Positions 46,508-57,327 of a stretch of DNA of 64,000 nt are shown in pieces. Positions within the stretch are counted from its first letter, which is position 1; every line of letters begins with the position of its first letter. The DNA lies in NCBI GenBank assembly GCA_022402535.1, contig JAKRSD010000022.1:54779-118778 (forward strand), in the 5' to 3' direction. The position numbers and the translations under genes are program-made. This stretch comes from Flavobacteriales bacterium. Its GTDB lineage: Bacteria; Bacteroidota; Bacteroidia; CAIKAF01. Under the pieces are notes generated by a model. It was not told the DNA's origin and made no database searches. It was given only the letters and a program-made list of their open reading frames with translations.

Positions 46508-47431
46508 TTAAAGTGTGCCGTTTCGGAGTGCAAACATAATCCCTTCTTTGAGGGAATAGGCCGATGATTTGATATGCTTAAAGTGATATTGGTCTGTAAT
46601 GCATTTTACGGCAATAACTGACGCGGTAATCATTTCAGCTCTGAATTTAGCCATACCGGGAATCTGCAATCTTTCTTCATAGGTTTTACCCAGAATTTCT
46701 TTGTACAGATGCTCAAATTCATCGGTAGTATAGGTGAATTCGGTTGCACTCGCCCGAACATCGGGGTTTCGGGCCAATAGTATATCTCTGAATGTGTCAA
46801 ATGTGCCGGACGAACCTACCAAATATTGGGGAGCATCCTTTTCGGTTTGACGAAACATGTCCTTTAAGATGTCATTTAGGTAATCATACATTGCCTCTAC
46901 CGTAGAAGGCAGAATCGGATCCTCAGGAGTGAATTTATCAATGAGACGGCTTACTCCGATTTCGTAACTGTACCGTTTCACAATTTTCTCCCGGTTGCAT
47001 AAAATGAATTCACAACTGCCACCTCCAATGTCCATCAACAGGCAGATTTCATCCGTAAGGGTTCCTGAATTTTTCACGCCTTCATAAATCAATTCCGCTT
47101 CTCTTTCGCCCGAAATTACGGTTACCTCTAAACCGGCTTCTTCCATTGCCCGTGAAATAAATTCTTCTTTGTTGCCGGCACTGCGCACGGCCGAGGTGGC
47201 AAATACCAATATTTTTTCGGCAGATAAGCGGTCTATTTCATTCCTGTGGCTTTTTAACGCCTGCATGGCTCTGTCCATAGCATCGGGCAAAATAAGGCTA
47301 TTGTTGATTCCGCCTTTACCAATTTTTACCGCAATTTTAGAACTGTGGATAATCGAATAATCGGATAACATTAGATCGACAACCAGTAGATTGAATGTAT
47401 TGGTTCCACAGTCTATTACGGCAATTCTCAT
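46508..47431 (-). CDS. Ppx/GppA family phosphatase (short form)
   Basis: IDCGTNT, ATSAVR, ISGEREA, DIGGGSCE, LKEG. Confidence 0.92.
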   Translation of the reverse strand: MRIAVIDCGTNTFNLLVVDLMLSDYSIIHSSKIAVKIGKGGINNSLILPDAMDRAMQALKSHRNEIDRLSAEKILVFATSAVRSAGNKEEFISRAMEEAGLEVTVISGEREAELIYEGVKNSGTLTDEICLLMDIGGGSCEFILCNREKIVKRYSYEIGVSRLIDKFTPEDPILPSTVEAMYDYLNDILKDMFRQTEKDAPQYLVGSSGTFDTFRDILLARNPDVRASATEFTYTTDEFEHLYKEILGKTYEERLQIPGMAKFRAEMITASVIAVKCITDQYHFKHIKSSAYSLKEGIMFALRNGTL

Positions 47432-47570
47432 ATTTTTTTACGATTTGAGTGTAAGTATAATCCGGTTTTAACTTTCATGCAAATTAATGAATATCCGTAT
47501 CCATTCATTTTTTTCAGGTTTTCTATCAACCGTTTTTAATTCAGATATTTGAATGCTAAAAAATAAATGC

Positions 47571-48008
47571 ATGTTGAAAATAATCGGGCCATTTTTATGT
47601 ATTCTGGTTACGCTGAATGGGATTGCTCAGAAAATGTCTCAGACGGAATCGTATATTTTTCAGGCAATGGCTGAGCAGGAAGCCTGTTGGAACAACGGAG
47701 ATCTGCCCTGTTTTATGAAGCATTATTGGAAATCAGACAGTCTGAAATTTATCGGCTCAAAAGGCATTACATACGGCTGGCAAAAAACCTTGGATAACTA
47801 TATGGTTTCGTATCCCGATAAAAGTGCCATGGGAAAATTAACATTTACCAACCTGGTTTCCGAAAAACTGGGAAAGGATGCTTGGATGATTATGGGAAAA
47901 TGGGAACTGCAAAGAACCGGGAATTTCCAAAACCTTTCAGGGCATTATACCCTGATCTGGCGAAAAATAAAAGGAAACTGGGTGATTGTTGCAGACCACA
48001 GTTCTTAG
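47571..48008 (+). CDS. NTF2-like DUF4440 exported protein
   Basis: WNNGDLPCFM..YWKSDSL, TYGWQKTLDNY, MGKLTF, WVIVADHSS. Confidence 0.88.
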   Translation: MLKIIGPFLCILVTLNGIAQKMSQTESYIFQAMAEQEACWNNGDLPCFMKHYWKSDSLKFIGSKGITYGWQKTLDNYMVSYPDKSAMGKLTFTNLVSEKLGKDAWMIMGKWELQRTGNFQNLSGHYTLIWRKIKGNWVIVADHSS

Positions 48009-48011
48009 CAT

Positions 48012-49424
48012 CTACTGTTTAATGATAAGGGCCTGTTTTCCGCTTTCGGATTGCAGAATGTAAGTGCCCTGAGCCACAGTACGGATATCTATTTTAAATG
48101 GAGATAGATTTAATGTATAGGATTGTATTCGCTTTCCTTGGATATCATACAAATGAAACGTTTCATTTTCTGTAATATCACCCGTCAGGTAAATAAAATC
48201 GCTTGTCGGGTTTGGGAAACAGAATAGCGAAGTGTTTTCTGAAAAATCCTGTACTCCGGCAGACGTGAGCTCAAATGAAGCCGATACGCCCGAACATCCT
48301 TCGGCATCCGTTACTGCTACCGTATACAGCCCGTTGGATTGAGGCCACCAATAGGCATCATTGGCTGTTGGAATGGCTACCCCGTTTAGGTACCAGGTAT
48401 ATTGAAAATAGTTTCCGGCAAACAAGCCGTCCTGTGTGAGGCTGATCTGCGGCTCGGGGAGGGGATTTACGATAAGTTCGACTTCAGCGGGAAAATATAA
48501 ACATCCATTGGTCATTAGAACTGTGGCGGAATAGATGCCCGCATCGGAAACTTCAAGAAAGTTTCCGGAATTTACGGTAAGCGGGTTTTGATTATAAAAC
48601 CAGGTAATGGGATCTCCTATTTCATAAGGTGAAATAAGCAGTACAGTTTCCTCACCTTCACAGATTACATTATCCTCAAATGGATTGATTACGGGCTGAT
48701 AAAGATAATCGGTGTCAAATCCGGAACAGTCCTCATCGATTTTGTTTCCGCATATTTCCATGGCCGAAGGGTTAATTTGCGGATTGTCATCGTTACAATC
48801 GGCATTGTTAAACACATACCGTGCGGGGGGCACGCAGGTTTTCAGCCCGTTTCCAGAACCGTAAGAATCATTATCGGCATCGGAATACCAAATCGGCGTA
48901 AAATAAAGCGTTACATTATCAATAATACCCAGGTCTCCACCGGCCAAATCCTGTACGAAAAGTTTCCAATTTCCTGCCACCGGCTGGCCTGTATGTAATG
49001 TTTGCAACGTGGTAATGGGTTTATATCCTCCGGATAAAGCTAATGGATTAGGCAGGCAAATGCCTTCGGCAAGCAATGTGTAAACATCACTGAATACGGC
49101 ATTCACATTGTCATTTCCGCAGCCGAATGTGGTGGTTGGAACTCCGGGGCGGTCAAATAACACGGCCGTATCATTGGCAGAAGAAATTAACGATACTTTG
49201 ATGTCGCCCACGTAAGTGTGAGAAATTTGAATTTTAACCGAATCAAGATACCAGTTAGTTCCCAGGTTTCCCGATAATGATACGGGTAAAACGGCTATCG
49301 CCCCTGTTTCATTATTATCCGGAATGGGAACACCAAATTGCTGGGTTATGGTTTCGCAATTCTGACTATGGAGACTGATGAATGAAACAAAAATAAACAG
49401 GGTTGAGAGTAACGTTTTATACAT
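48012..49424 (-). CDS. T9SS type-A cargo with proprotein-convertase P-domain and MopE-like metal-binding repeat
   Basis: ISHTYVGD..GNWKLFVQD P-domain; DCNDDNPQINPSAMEICGNKIDEDC; FPNPT CTD. Confidence 0.85.
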   Translation of the reverse strand: MYKTLLSTLFIFVSFISLHSQNCETITQQFGVPIPDNNETGAIAVLPVSLSGNLGTNWYLDSVKIQISHTYVGDIKVSLISSANDTAVLFDRPGVPTTTFGCGNDNVNAVFSDVYTLLAEGICLPNPLALSGGYKPITTLQTLHTGQPVAGNWKLFVQDLAGGDLGIIDNVTLYFTPIWYSDADNDSYGSGNGLKTCVPPARYVFNNADCNDDNPQINPSAMEICGNKIDEDCSGFDTDYLYQPVINPFEDNVICEGEETVLLISPYEIGDPITWFYNQNPLTVNSGNFLEVSDAGIYSATVLMTNGCLYFPAEVELIVNPLPEPQISLTQDGLFAGNYFQYTWYLNGVAIPTANDAYWWPQSNGLYTVAVTDAEGCSGVSASFELTSAGVQDFSENTSLFCFPNPTSDFIYLTGDITENETFHLYDIQGKRIQSYTLNLSPFKIDIRTVAQGTYILQSESGKQALIIKQ

Positions 49425-49436
49425 ATTTATTAAAAA

Positions 49437-50186
49437 TCAAGGTGTGGATGAAAGGTCTTCTTTACGACGAAGAACAAAGTTAGAACCCAGATACACTCTG
49501 CGCACCTGTTCGTCTTCGGCCAATTGTTCTGCTGTGCCTTCTTTTAATATCTTTCCTTCAAAGAGCAGATAAGCTCTGTCTGTAATGCTGAGCGTTTCAT
49601 GTACGTTGTGGTCTGTAATGAGTACGCCTATATTTTTGCTTTTCAGTGAAAATACAATGTTCTGAATATCTTCTACGGCAATAGGATCTACACCGGCAAA
49701 AGGTTCATCCAATAAGATAAACTTGGGGTCAACGGCCAACGCACGTGCAATTTCGGTTCTTCTTCTTTCGCCACCTGATAGCACTTCGCCGTTGCTTTTG
49801 CGGACTTTGTGTAAACCAAACTCATCAATCAGACTTTCCATTTTGTTTTTCTGTTCGGCTTTGCTCAGCGAAGTCATTTCTAATACAGCTCTCAGATTAT
49901 CTTCTACACTCATTTTTCTGAAAACAGAAGCTTCCTGTGGAAGATATCCCAATCCGAGACGGGCTCTTTTGTACATGGGAAGATTGGTGATTTCTTCACT
50001 TTCAAGAAAAATTTTTCCTTCGTTGGGTTTCACCAAACCAACCACCATATAAAAGGAAGTGGTTTTACCGGCTCCGTTGGGGCCCAAAAGTCCAACAATT
50101 TCTCCCTGATTTACTTCAAAAGAAACATTGTTTACTACCGTGCGGCTTTTATAGGTTTTGATTAAATTTTCAGCTCGTAAGCGCAT
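49437..50186 (-). CDS. lptB: LPS export ABC ATPase
   Basis: [47 protein letters not shown]. Confidence 0.96.
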   Translation of the reverse strand: MRLRAENLIKTYKSRTVVNNVSFEVNQGEIVGLLGPNGAGKTTSFYMVVGLVKPNEGKIFLESEEITNLPMYKRARLGLGYLPQEASVFRKMSVEDNLRAVLEMTSLSKAEQKNKMESLIDEFGLHKVRKSNGEVLSGGERRRTEIARALAVDPKFILLDEPFAGVDPIAVEDIQNIVFSLKSKNIGVLITDHNVHETLSITDRAYLLFEGKILKEGTAEQLAEDEQVRRVYLGSNFVLRRKEDLSSTP

Positions 50187-50198
50187 GAACGGGATAAA

Positions 50199-52397
50199 TT
50201 AATTGCCTAAATCGCTGATAAATTTAATGCGCATAAGACGTATTTCGCTTTCGCTATACACGTCTTCAAATTCGCGCAAAGCTTCTTCCAAGTCTGCATT
50301 TTCGGTAGTTCTGAAATAATCAAACAGTTCTTCCTGTTCATCAGGGCCCAGTGAGCTGTCAATGTTGTAATCCAGATTGAGCCTTGTTCCCGCGTTTACG
50401 ATAGATTCCATTTCAGTCAACAGTTCCGACATGTCAAGCCCTTTGTTTTTGGCAATCATATCAATGGGCATTTTGCGATCTACCGATTGGATGATATACA
50501 CTTTCATATCGGACTTGCCGGCCAGGTTTCTAACCACGAATAAATCCTGTGGTCTTTCGATACCGTTGTCTTCTACGTATTTGCTGATGAGTTTTACAAA
50601 AGGTTCGCCGTATTTAGACGCTTTCCCTTCACCCACACCGCTCACTTCTTTCAGTTCGTCCATCGTAATGGGGTAGCGTGTTGCCATTTCATCTAATGAT
50701 GGATCCTGAAAAATCACAAACGGGGGAACTTTTTTCTCTTTGGCTACCTTTTTGCGCAGTTCTCTCAGCAGTCCCATCAGTACTTCATCCAAAGCGCCTC
50801 CGCCTTTTCCGTTCAGGATGATATCATCATCGCCTTCACTGCTTGTATTGAGGTCTCTGTCTTTTGAGAATAGAATGGAATGCGGGTTTTTCAGAAAGTT
50901 TTCTCCTTTTTCACTTAAAAGAAGCGTGCCGTATTTCTCGATGTTTTTAGTCAAAAAGTCATTCACCATCGCCTGACGGATAACAGACATCCAGAAGTTT
51001 TCACCTTCTTCCGCGCCTTCGCCAAAAGTTTCTAAATTGTCAAACTTGTATGTTTTAACCGTATTTGAAAGATTTCCGATAAGCACGTTTACAATCTGCT
51101 TGGCTTTAAAACCATCCTTCATGAGTGAAAGGGTTTTCAGCACTAACGTCAATTGTTCTTTTGCATCGAATTTTTCTCGTGGATTAGCGCAGTTATCGCA
51201 GCCTCCGTTGCACTTTGAATCATCAAAATATTCACCAAAATAGTGTAATAGTACTTTACGTCTGCAGGCAGTAGTTTCCGCAAATCCTACCACTTCCTGC
51301 ATCAACAGGCGGTTAATTTCCTGTTCGGCAACCGGTTTGCCGCCCATCAGTTTTTCCAGTTTTATCATGTCATCGTAGCTGTAGAAAGCTACGCATTTTC
51401 CTTCGCCACCGTCCCGGCCTGCACGTCCTGTTTCCTGATAGTAACTTTCCAGCGATTTGGGCATGTCGTGGTGAATGATAAAACGGATATCCGGTTTGTC
51501 GATTCCCATACCAAAGGCAATCGTGGCCACAATTACTTCCACGTCTTCCATCAGGAACATATCCTGGTTTTTAGCCCGCGATTTGGCATCCATTCCCGCA
51601 TGATAAGGCACCGCATTGATTCCGTTTACCTGCAAGGTAGCGGCTATTTCTTCCACTTTTTTGCGGCTCTGACAGTATACAATCCCTGATTTTCCGGGAT
51701 TCTGCTTAATGAATTTGATGATTTCTTTTACCTCATTTTTCTTAATCCGTATTTCGTAGTACAGATTTTCGCGGTTAAAACTGTCTTTGAACAGTTTGGC
51801 ATCCTGCATGCCCAGATTTTTTACGATATCCAACTGCACTTTTGGCGTGGCGGTTGCCGTAAGGGCAATGATGGGAACTCTTTCAATGGCTTCAATGATG
51901 GTGCGCAGACGTCGGTATTCCGGACGGAAATCATGTCCCCATTCAGATATACAGTGTGCTTCGTCAATGGCAAAAAAGGATATTTTTATGCTTCGCAGAA
52001 ACTCAATATTTTCTTCTTTGGTAAGACTTTCGGGAGCTACAAAAAGTATTTTCGTAATGCCGGAAACAATGTCGCTTTTTACTTTATCGCGCTCACCTTT
52101 ATTGAGTGAAGAATTGAAAAAATGGGCTACCCCTTCATTACTTCCGAATGCCCGGATACTGTCCACCTGATTTTTCATCAGGGCAATCAGCGGCGAAACA
52201 ACGATTGCCGTTCCTTCGCTGATGAGAGCCGGAAGCTGGTAACATAGCGATTTACCGCCCCCTGTAGGCATGATCACAAAGGTGTCATTACCTTCCAAAA
52301 GGTTCTGAATTATTTCATCTTGACGGCCTTTGAATTTATCAAATCCAAAGTACTTTTTTAAGTGTTCCTTCAAGGAAATTTCTGTGGAAACTCCCAT
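50199..52397 (-). CDS. recQ: DNA helicase RecQ
   Basis: PTGGGKS, DEAHC, ATAT, QETGRAGRDG, Zn-binding CRR..CDNC, RQC and HRDC domains; ATG at 52397. Confidence 0.96.
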   Translation of the reverse strand: MGVSTEISLKEHLKKYFGFDKFKGRQDEIIQNLLEGNDTFVIMPTGGGKSLCYQLPALISEGTAIVVSPLIALMKNQVDSIRAFGSNEGVAHFFNSSLNKGERDKVKSDIVSGITKILFVAPESLTKEENIEFLRSIKISFFAIDEAHCISEWGHDFRPEYRRLRTIIEAIERVPIIALTATATPKVQLDIVKNLGMQDAKLFKDSFNRENLYYEIRIKKNEVKEIIKFIKQNPGKSGIVYCQSRKKVEEIAATLQVNGINAVPYHAGMDAKSRAKNQDMFLMEDVEVIVATIAFGMGIDKPDIRFIIHHDMPKSLESYYQETGRAGRDGGEGKCVAFYSYDDMIKLEKLMGGKPVAEQEINRLLMQEVVGFAETTACRRKVLLHYFGEYFDDSKCNGGCDNCANPREKFDAKEQLTLVLKTLSLMKDGFKAKQIVNVLIGNLSNTVKTYKFDNLETFGEGAEEGENFWMSVIRQAMVNDFLTKNIEKYGTLLLSEKGENFLKNPHSILFSKDRDLNTSSEGDDDIILNGKGGGALDEVLMGLLRELRKKVAKEKKVPPFVIFQDPSLDEMATRYPITMDELKEVSGVGEGKASKYGEPFVKLISKYVEDNGIERPQDLFVVRNLAGKSDMKVYIIQSVDRKMPIDMIAKNKGLDMSELLTEMESIVNAGTRLNLDYNIDSSLGPDEQEELFDYFRTTENADLEEALREFEDVYSESEIRLMRIKFISDLGN

Positions 52398-52529
52398 ATA
52401 TAATTTTTTTGTGTTTTTAAATTTGGCTGGCATTCAGCAATTTCTTTGCCAATTGCTATTGTCAGGTACTAAAATACATAAAAATAAATTCTACGGTGAA
52501 TTTATTTAACAAACCCTGTAAATTAAGTA

Positions 52530-53795
52530 TTAAACCGACGGAAGTATTTTATTCACCACTTCGCCGAAACCGATACGGAGTCCTTCTTTTTCACAATATC
52601 CCCGAAACGTAATGGTGTCAAAATCTTCAATGAATGTTCTTGTGTTTCCATCTTCCAGTGCGATGGGTTTGGTGCCTCTCCAACTTAATTCCAGCATACT
52701 GCCGAATCCCCCTTCATAAGGTGCACTGATGGTTCCCGAACCGCACATATCGCCCGTACGCATGTTGCAACCGTTCACCGTATGGTGGGCCAGTTGCTGC
52801 GCCATGTTCCAATACAGGTATTTGTGGTTTGAATGGCAGATTTTGGACTCTTTCCCATTCTCCGGAGTGAGAAATACATCCAGCTGAATGTCGTAACTTT
52901 TTTCACCGGTGAATTTCAAATAATCCAACACGGGTTCATCCTGCACGGGACCTTGCACTCTGAAGGGTTCAAGCGCATCCAGTGTAACCACCCAGGGAGA
53001 AACGGATGAAAAAAAGTTTTTGCCTAAAAAAGGACCAAGGGGAACATATTCCCAGCTTTGCAAATCCCGCGCGCTGTAATCGTTAAAAAGAACGAGTCCG
53101 AAAATATGATCTTCTGCGTTTTCGGTAGAAATGGATGTTCCCAAATCATTTCCTGTGCCCACTATAAATGCCATTTCCAGTTCAATGTCTAATTGTCTGC
53201 TGGGACCATAACTCGGTTTTTCGGCGGTGGGGGGCTTGGTTTGTCCTTTGGGACGGTGAAAAGGCGTACCCGAAACATATATGGATGAAGCCCGTCCATG
53301 ATACCCGATGGGCATGTGTTTCCAGTTAGGCAACAAAGGCGGTTGGTCAGGCCTGAACATTTTTCCCACATTGGAAGCATGTTCCAGGCTGCTATAAAAA
53401 TCGGTGTAATCCGGTACAGAAACCGGCATCAGCATATCTACTTCCTGTTGCTCATAGAAAAGTTCCGGTTTGTTTTGAATGGTTGTGTTTCCTTCGCTCA
53501 GCAATTCGGTGAGTCTGGCCCGGACAGATGTCCAAACGGTTCTGCCTAAAGCCATGTATGTGTTCAGCGTTTCGGAAGAAAAAGGATTGGATTCCGGCAG
53601 GCCACAGTCCGAAAGAAATCCTTGGTTGTAAAGCGCAGCTAAATCGAGGATTTGATTTCCAATGGCCACACCGGCTCTGGGTGAATGGCCTTTGGGTTGA
53701 AATATTCCGTAGGGGAGGTTTTGAATGGGAAAATCTGAACCTGACGGAACAGATACCCAGGATTTTAGTGATGAATCGGTCTTATAAATACTCAT
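52530..53795 (-). CDS. fahA: Fumarylacetoacetase
   Basis: FPIQNLPYG, DYTDFYSS.EHA, YHGRASS, LDIELE, NDYSARDLQ, QQLAHHT; ATG at 53795. Confidence 0.95.
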   Translation of the reverse strand: MSIYKTDSSLKSWVSVPSGSDFPIQNLPYGIFQPKGHSPRAGVAIGNQILDLAALYNQGFLSDCGLPESNPFSSETLNTYMALGRTVWTSVRARLTELLSEGNTTIQNKPELFYEQQEVDMLMPVSVPDYTDFYSSLEHASNVGKMFRPDQPPLLPNWKHMPIGYHGRASSIYVSGTPFHRPKGQTKPPTAEKPSYGPSRQLDIELEMAFIVGTGNDLGTSISTENAEDHIFGLVLFNDYSARDLQSWEYVPLGPFLGKNFFSSVSPWVVTLDALEPFRVQGPVQDEPVLDYLKFTGEKSYDIQLDVFLTPENGKESKICHSNHKYLYWNMAQQLAHHTVNGCNMRTGDMCGSGTISAPYEGGFGSMLELSWRGTKPIALEDGNTRTFIEDFDTITFRGYCEKEGLRIGFGEVVNKILPSV

Positions 53796-53944
53796 GAACT
53801 TTTTAATTTCCGAGTACAAAGATAAAATTTAAAAGAACTTTTCCGGATGTACTTGTTTTGTTGTTTAATATGCTGAATATTAATCAAATAAGTCTAATTT
53901 AAGATGGAATTTAATTTGACCTGTTTTTGGGCGGATGCGCTTTT

Positions 53945-55093
53945 TTACTTATTTGTTATCACACGTTTTGCATGTAATATTTCTTTTTCCAGTCGGAACA
54001 GCATTTCTAATGAAGGGCAGATATAACCAAAATTTAGCAGAGGAGATTTAGAAATCGCCGCTTGGAAAGGGTTGGGAGCCACACTGCCCATATTGGCATA
54101 AAAGAAATAAAATGTTCCATCCGGTATGGGAATGTTTTTTTCATACTCCGAAAAGTCGCCATGATAGGCCAGTGCCGCTTCTAAAATAATCACTTCCAAA
54201 GGATAAAGCCATTCTTTTTGCAACTTTTCTTTTATTCTGGATTTAATTTTAGGTTGCCATTCTATCAGACCTTGAATCGGGTATTTACTCACTAAAAAAC
54301 TGAAATGATAAAGACACGCTGTCTCTGATTTATACTGAGGCGAAATACGATGGGGTTTAGTACGGATATAATCCTTTTCGATACACTCCTGCATGAATTT
54401 TACCGATGCGGAATCATGTTTTGAAAATGGAATATTATACTCACTGAACACAAAAAGCACGTTGGCCATCACACAAAAATCAAATTCGGGAGGCATACGG
54501 TTTCCAATCCAGGTAGAGTAGGCTTTCAGCTTAGAAAGGGCAGGAAGGGTATTTCGTATATTTCGTTTTTTTCCTGGGATATTTTCATTCAACAGTTTTT
54601 TAAAATCATCTATGGTTTCGGCAGAAGCTTCATTAATGAATAAAAGCAGCGCTGTATCGTCGGCATCGTCGGGAATGTGAAAGTTGGTGGATTTTGATAA
54701 AAAACGGTCGCCGGGAAACTGATTTACAGGATGGGTTTTCCAGAAATTGTAAGTAATTCCGCCATATTTATTTTTAAAATATCCCGAAGCCTGCTGTACT
54801 TCTCGAATAATTTTATCGGCTTTATCAATGCAAGTTTGTGGAATATCATTTCGGAACCGCATTAAACGGCTGGCAATAACGGCAGAGAAAAAAAGGGTAT
54901 GGTCGTCTCTGCTGTAGGAAATGTAACGGTTCTCTCTTTTTGAAGGATGCAGCCGATATTTTCCTTTCTCCTGAATCCGCATGTCATGGTATAGTTTTTC
55001 TACAAGCGGACAAATCTCATTTTCGTCATTTTTGTTTTGCGAAAACGATACGTGATATAAAAACAGGAAAAGTATGATTCCAAACGTGCGCAC
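53945..55093 (-). CDS. Hypothetical exported protein resembling a class II terpene cyclase beta-domain
   Basis: Signal peptide; IPDDADDTA (DxDD), DFCVMANVL, Y..ETACLYHFS; GTG start. Confidence 0.6.
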   Translation of the reverse strand: MRTFGIILFLFLYHVSFSQNKNDENEICPLVEKLYHDMRIQEKGKYRLHPSKRENRYISYSRDDHTLFFSAVIASRLMRFRNDIPQTCIDKADKIIREVQQASGYFKNKYGGITYNFWKTHPVNQFPGDRFLSKSTNFHIPDDADDTALLLFINEASAETIDDFKKLLNENIPGKKRNIRNTLPALSKLKAYSTWIGNRMPPEFDFCVMANVLFVFSEYNIPFSKHDSASVKFMQECIEKDYIRTKPHRISPQYKSETACLYHFSFLVSKYPIQGLIEWQPKIKSRIKEKLQKEWLYPLEVIILEAALAYHGDFSEYEKNIPIPDGTFYFFYANMGSVAPNPFQAAISKSPLLNFGYICPSLEMLFRLEKEILHAKRVITNK

Positions 55094-55137
55094 CGGTCAA
55101 ATATACTGGAAAACACAGGACCGAAAACAAGATGCTT

Positions 55138-57171
55138 TTATTTCCATTCGTCCAGTAACTTTTTAAGTTCAAACATTTCATCGCGGAGTTTTGCGGCAGC
55201 AATAAAATCAAGTTCTTTGGCAGCTTTTTCCATGGCTTTTCTTATACGTTCCAAGGCCTTTTCCACATCGCTCCGTGTTTTATAGGACGTGCTTTCTTCC
55301 GCGGCAACCGAAATTTCATCAGGCGAAAGGTATTCGGCTTTACCTTTGGTTTTCTCTGCTCTTCCACTGCCCACAATCGCCTGCTTTCTTATTTTTTCTT
55401 TGTCAGAATCCGCTTGTTTTGGGATAATATGATTATCAAGATTGTATTTAATCTGTTTTTCGCGCCGTCTTTCGGTTTCGTCTATGGCTTTCTGCATACT
55501 CTGTGTAACAGAATCTGCGTACATAATCACCGTACCGTTTACGTTTCGCGCAGCCCGTCCGATGGTTTGAATCAACGATCGTTGATTTCTCAAAAAACCT
55601 TCTTTATCGGCATCCAGAATGGCCACTAAAGATACTTCCGGTAAATCCAATCCTTCTCTGAGCAGATTCACGCCCACCAGCGCATCAAAAAGACCTAACC
55701 GTAAATCTCTCAATATTTCCACCCGTTCCAGCGTATCCACTTCGCTATGGATATAACGGCAGCGAATACCCACTTTGGCCATATATTTGGTCAGTTCTTC
55801 GGCCATTCTTTTGGTGAGTGTGGTCACCAGTACCCGTTCATCTTTTTCTGCCCTTTTTTGAATTTCTTCCAGCAAATCGTCAATCTGGTTTGTTGTGGGC
55901 CTGATTTCAATCACCGGGTCTACGATGCCCGTTGGGCGTATTACCTGTTCCACAAACTCGCCCTGGGTGGCCTGCAACTCATAATCGGCGGGAGTAGCAC
56001 TCACAAAAATCACCTGATTCAACAGGCCTTCAAATTCATCAAACTTTAGGGGTCTGTTATCTAACGCCGAAGGCAGACGGAAGCCATATTCCACCAGATT
56101 GGTTTTTCTTAACCGGTCGCCATTATACATGGCTCTCACCTGCGGAACGGTAACGTGACTTTCGTCTATCACCATCAGAAAATCTTTGGGAAAATAATCC
56201 AACAGACAGAAAGGACGCATACCGGGTTTGCGGCCGTCAAAATAGCGCGAATAGTTTTCGATACCCGAACAGTAACCCAATTCGCGAATCATTTCCAGAT
56301 CATATTCGGTTCTTTGCTGCAAACGCTTCGCTTCCAAAAATTTCTGTTCCTGACCGAAAAATTCCACCTGACTGACTAAGTCATCCATAATCATGAGTTC
56401 AGCCGCCTTCAGCCGTTCTTTGGTGGTTACAAACAGGTTGGCGGGGTTAATCACAAATTGAGATTCTTCGCCGAATTTTTTACCGGAAACGGGATCTATC
56501 AGTTCTATCAGTTCCACTTCATCGCCCCAGAAATAAATGCGGACGGCATTATCGGCATACGCCAAAAAAATGTCCACCGTATCGCCCGTAACCCGGAAAG
56601 TTCCCCGTTTGAATTCACCTTCCGTGCGGTAGTAAAGTGAATCTACCAACTTTAGCAGGAATGCATTTCGCCCGATTTTCATTCCTTTTTTTACCGTGAT
56701 GATATTGGCGTAAAAATCGTCGGGATTTCCCATACCGTAAATGCACGAAACGGATGAAACGACAATCACATCTTTTCGCCCTGAAAGCAGGGCAGAGGTG
56801 GTACTCAGTCTCAGTTTCTCTATTTCATCGTTGATGGAAAGTTCTTTTTCGATGTACACACCCGAACTGGGCACATACGCCTCGGGTTGATAATAATCGT
56901 AATACGAAACAAAGTATTCCACCGCATTGTAGGGGAAAAACTGTTTAAACTCCCCATAAAGCTGGGCCGCTAGGGTTTTGTTATGGCTTAAAACAAGTGT
57001 AGGACGCTGAACTTGTTGGATTACGTTTGCAATGGTGAAGGTTTTTCCGGTTCCGGTTGCCCCCAATAATGTTTGAAAGCGCGTGTTATCATTCACTCCC
57101 TGCACCAACTGACTGATGGCTTCGGGCTGGTCACCCAAAGGGGAATACGGGGAGTGTAGTTGAAAATCCAT
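55138..57171 (-). CDS. uvrB: Excinuclease ABC subunit B
   Basis: [37 protein letters not shown]-terminal UVR domain; ATG at 57171. Confidence 0.97.
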   Translation of the reverse strand: MDFQLHSPYSPLGDQPEAISQLVQGVNDNTRFQTLLGATGTGKTFTIANVIQQVQRPTLVLSHNKTLAAQLYGEFKQFFPYNAVEYFVSYYDYYQPEAYVPSSGVYIEKELSINDEIEKLRLSTTSALLSGRKDVIVVSSVSCIYGMGNPDDFYANIITVKKGMKIGRNAFLLKLVDSLYYRTEGEFKRGTFRVTGDTVDIFLAYADNAVRIYFWGDEVELIELIDPVSGKKFGEESQFVINPANLFVTTKERLKAAELMIMDDLVSQVEFFGQEQKFLEAKRLQQRTEYDLEMIRELGYCSGIENYSRYFDGRKPGMRPFCLLDYFPKDFLMVIDESHVTVPQVRAMYNGDRLRKTNLVEYGFRLPSALDNRPLKFDEFEGLLNQVIFVSATPADYELQATQGEFVEQVIRPTGIVDPVIEIRPTTNQIDDLLEEIQKRAEKDERVLVTTLTKRMAEELTKYMAKVGIRCRYIHSEVDTLERVEILRDLRLGLFDALVGVNLLREGLDLPEVSLVAILDADKEGFLRNQRSLIQTIGRAARNVNGTVIMYADSVTQSMQKAIDETERRREKQIKYNLDNHIIPKQADSDKEKIRKQAIVGSGRAEKTKGKAEYLSPDEISVAAEESTSYKTRSDVEKALERIRKAMEKAAKELDFIAAAKLRDEMFELKKLLDEWK

Positions 57172-57184
57172 CGTTAAATTTTTG

Positions 57185-57308
57185 CAAAAGTAGCCTAAAA
57201 AACAGCTAGTAATTGCAGATTGTTCGTTAATCCGGAAGTAATTCACAGGGGGGATTGGGTAACTCACCCCGCTTCATTCGTAATTGAAGTTTTTATATCT
57301 TACTTTTG
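57185..57308. promoter_or_regulatory. Divergent uvrB/guaA -7 elements
   Basis: TACTTTTG on the minus strand at 57185-57192 and on the plus strand at 57301-57308. Confidence 0.6.
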
Positions 57309-57327
57309 CCCAAGCATAAAAAAAGGC

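Noticed and set aside
57234-57244. GGA-AGTAA-TTC upstream of uvrB as a Bacteroidota SOS box (GGA-N5-TCC)
   Set aside because: One mismatch in a 6-bp motif; expected by chance
57172-57327. Extended, overlapping N-termini for uvrB (57267) and guaA (57220), or a purine riboswitch before guaA
   Set aside because: Conserved proteins start at 57171 and 57328; the spacer holds two -7 elements and no purine-aptamer pattern
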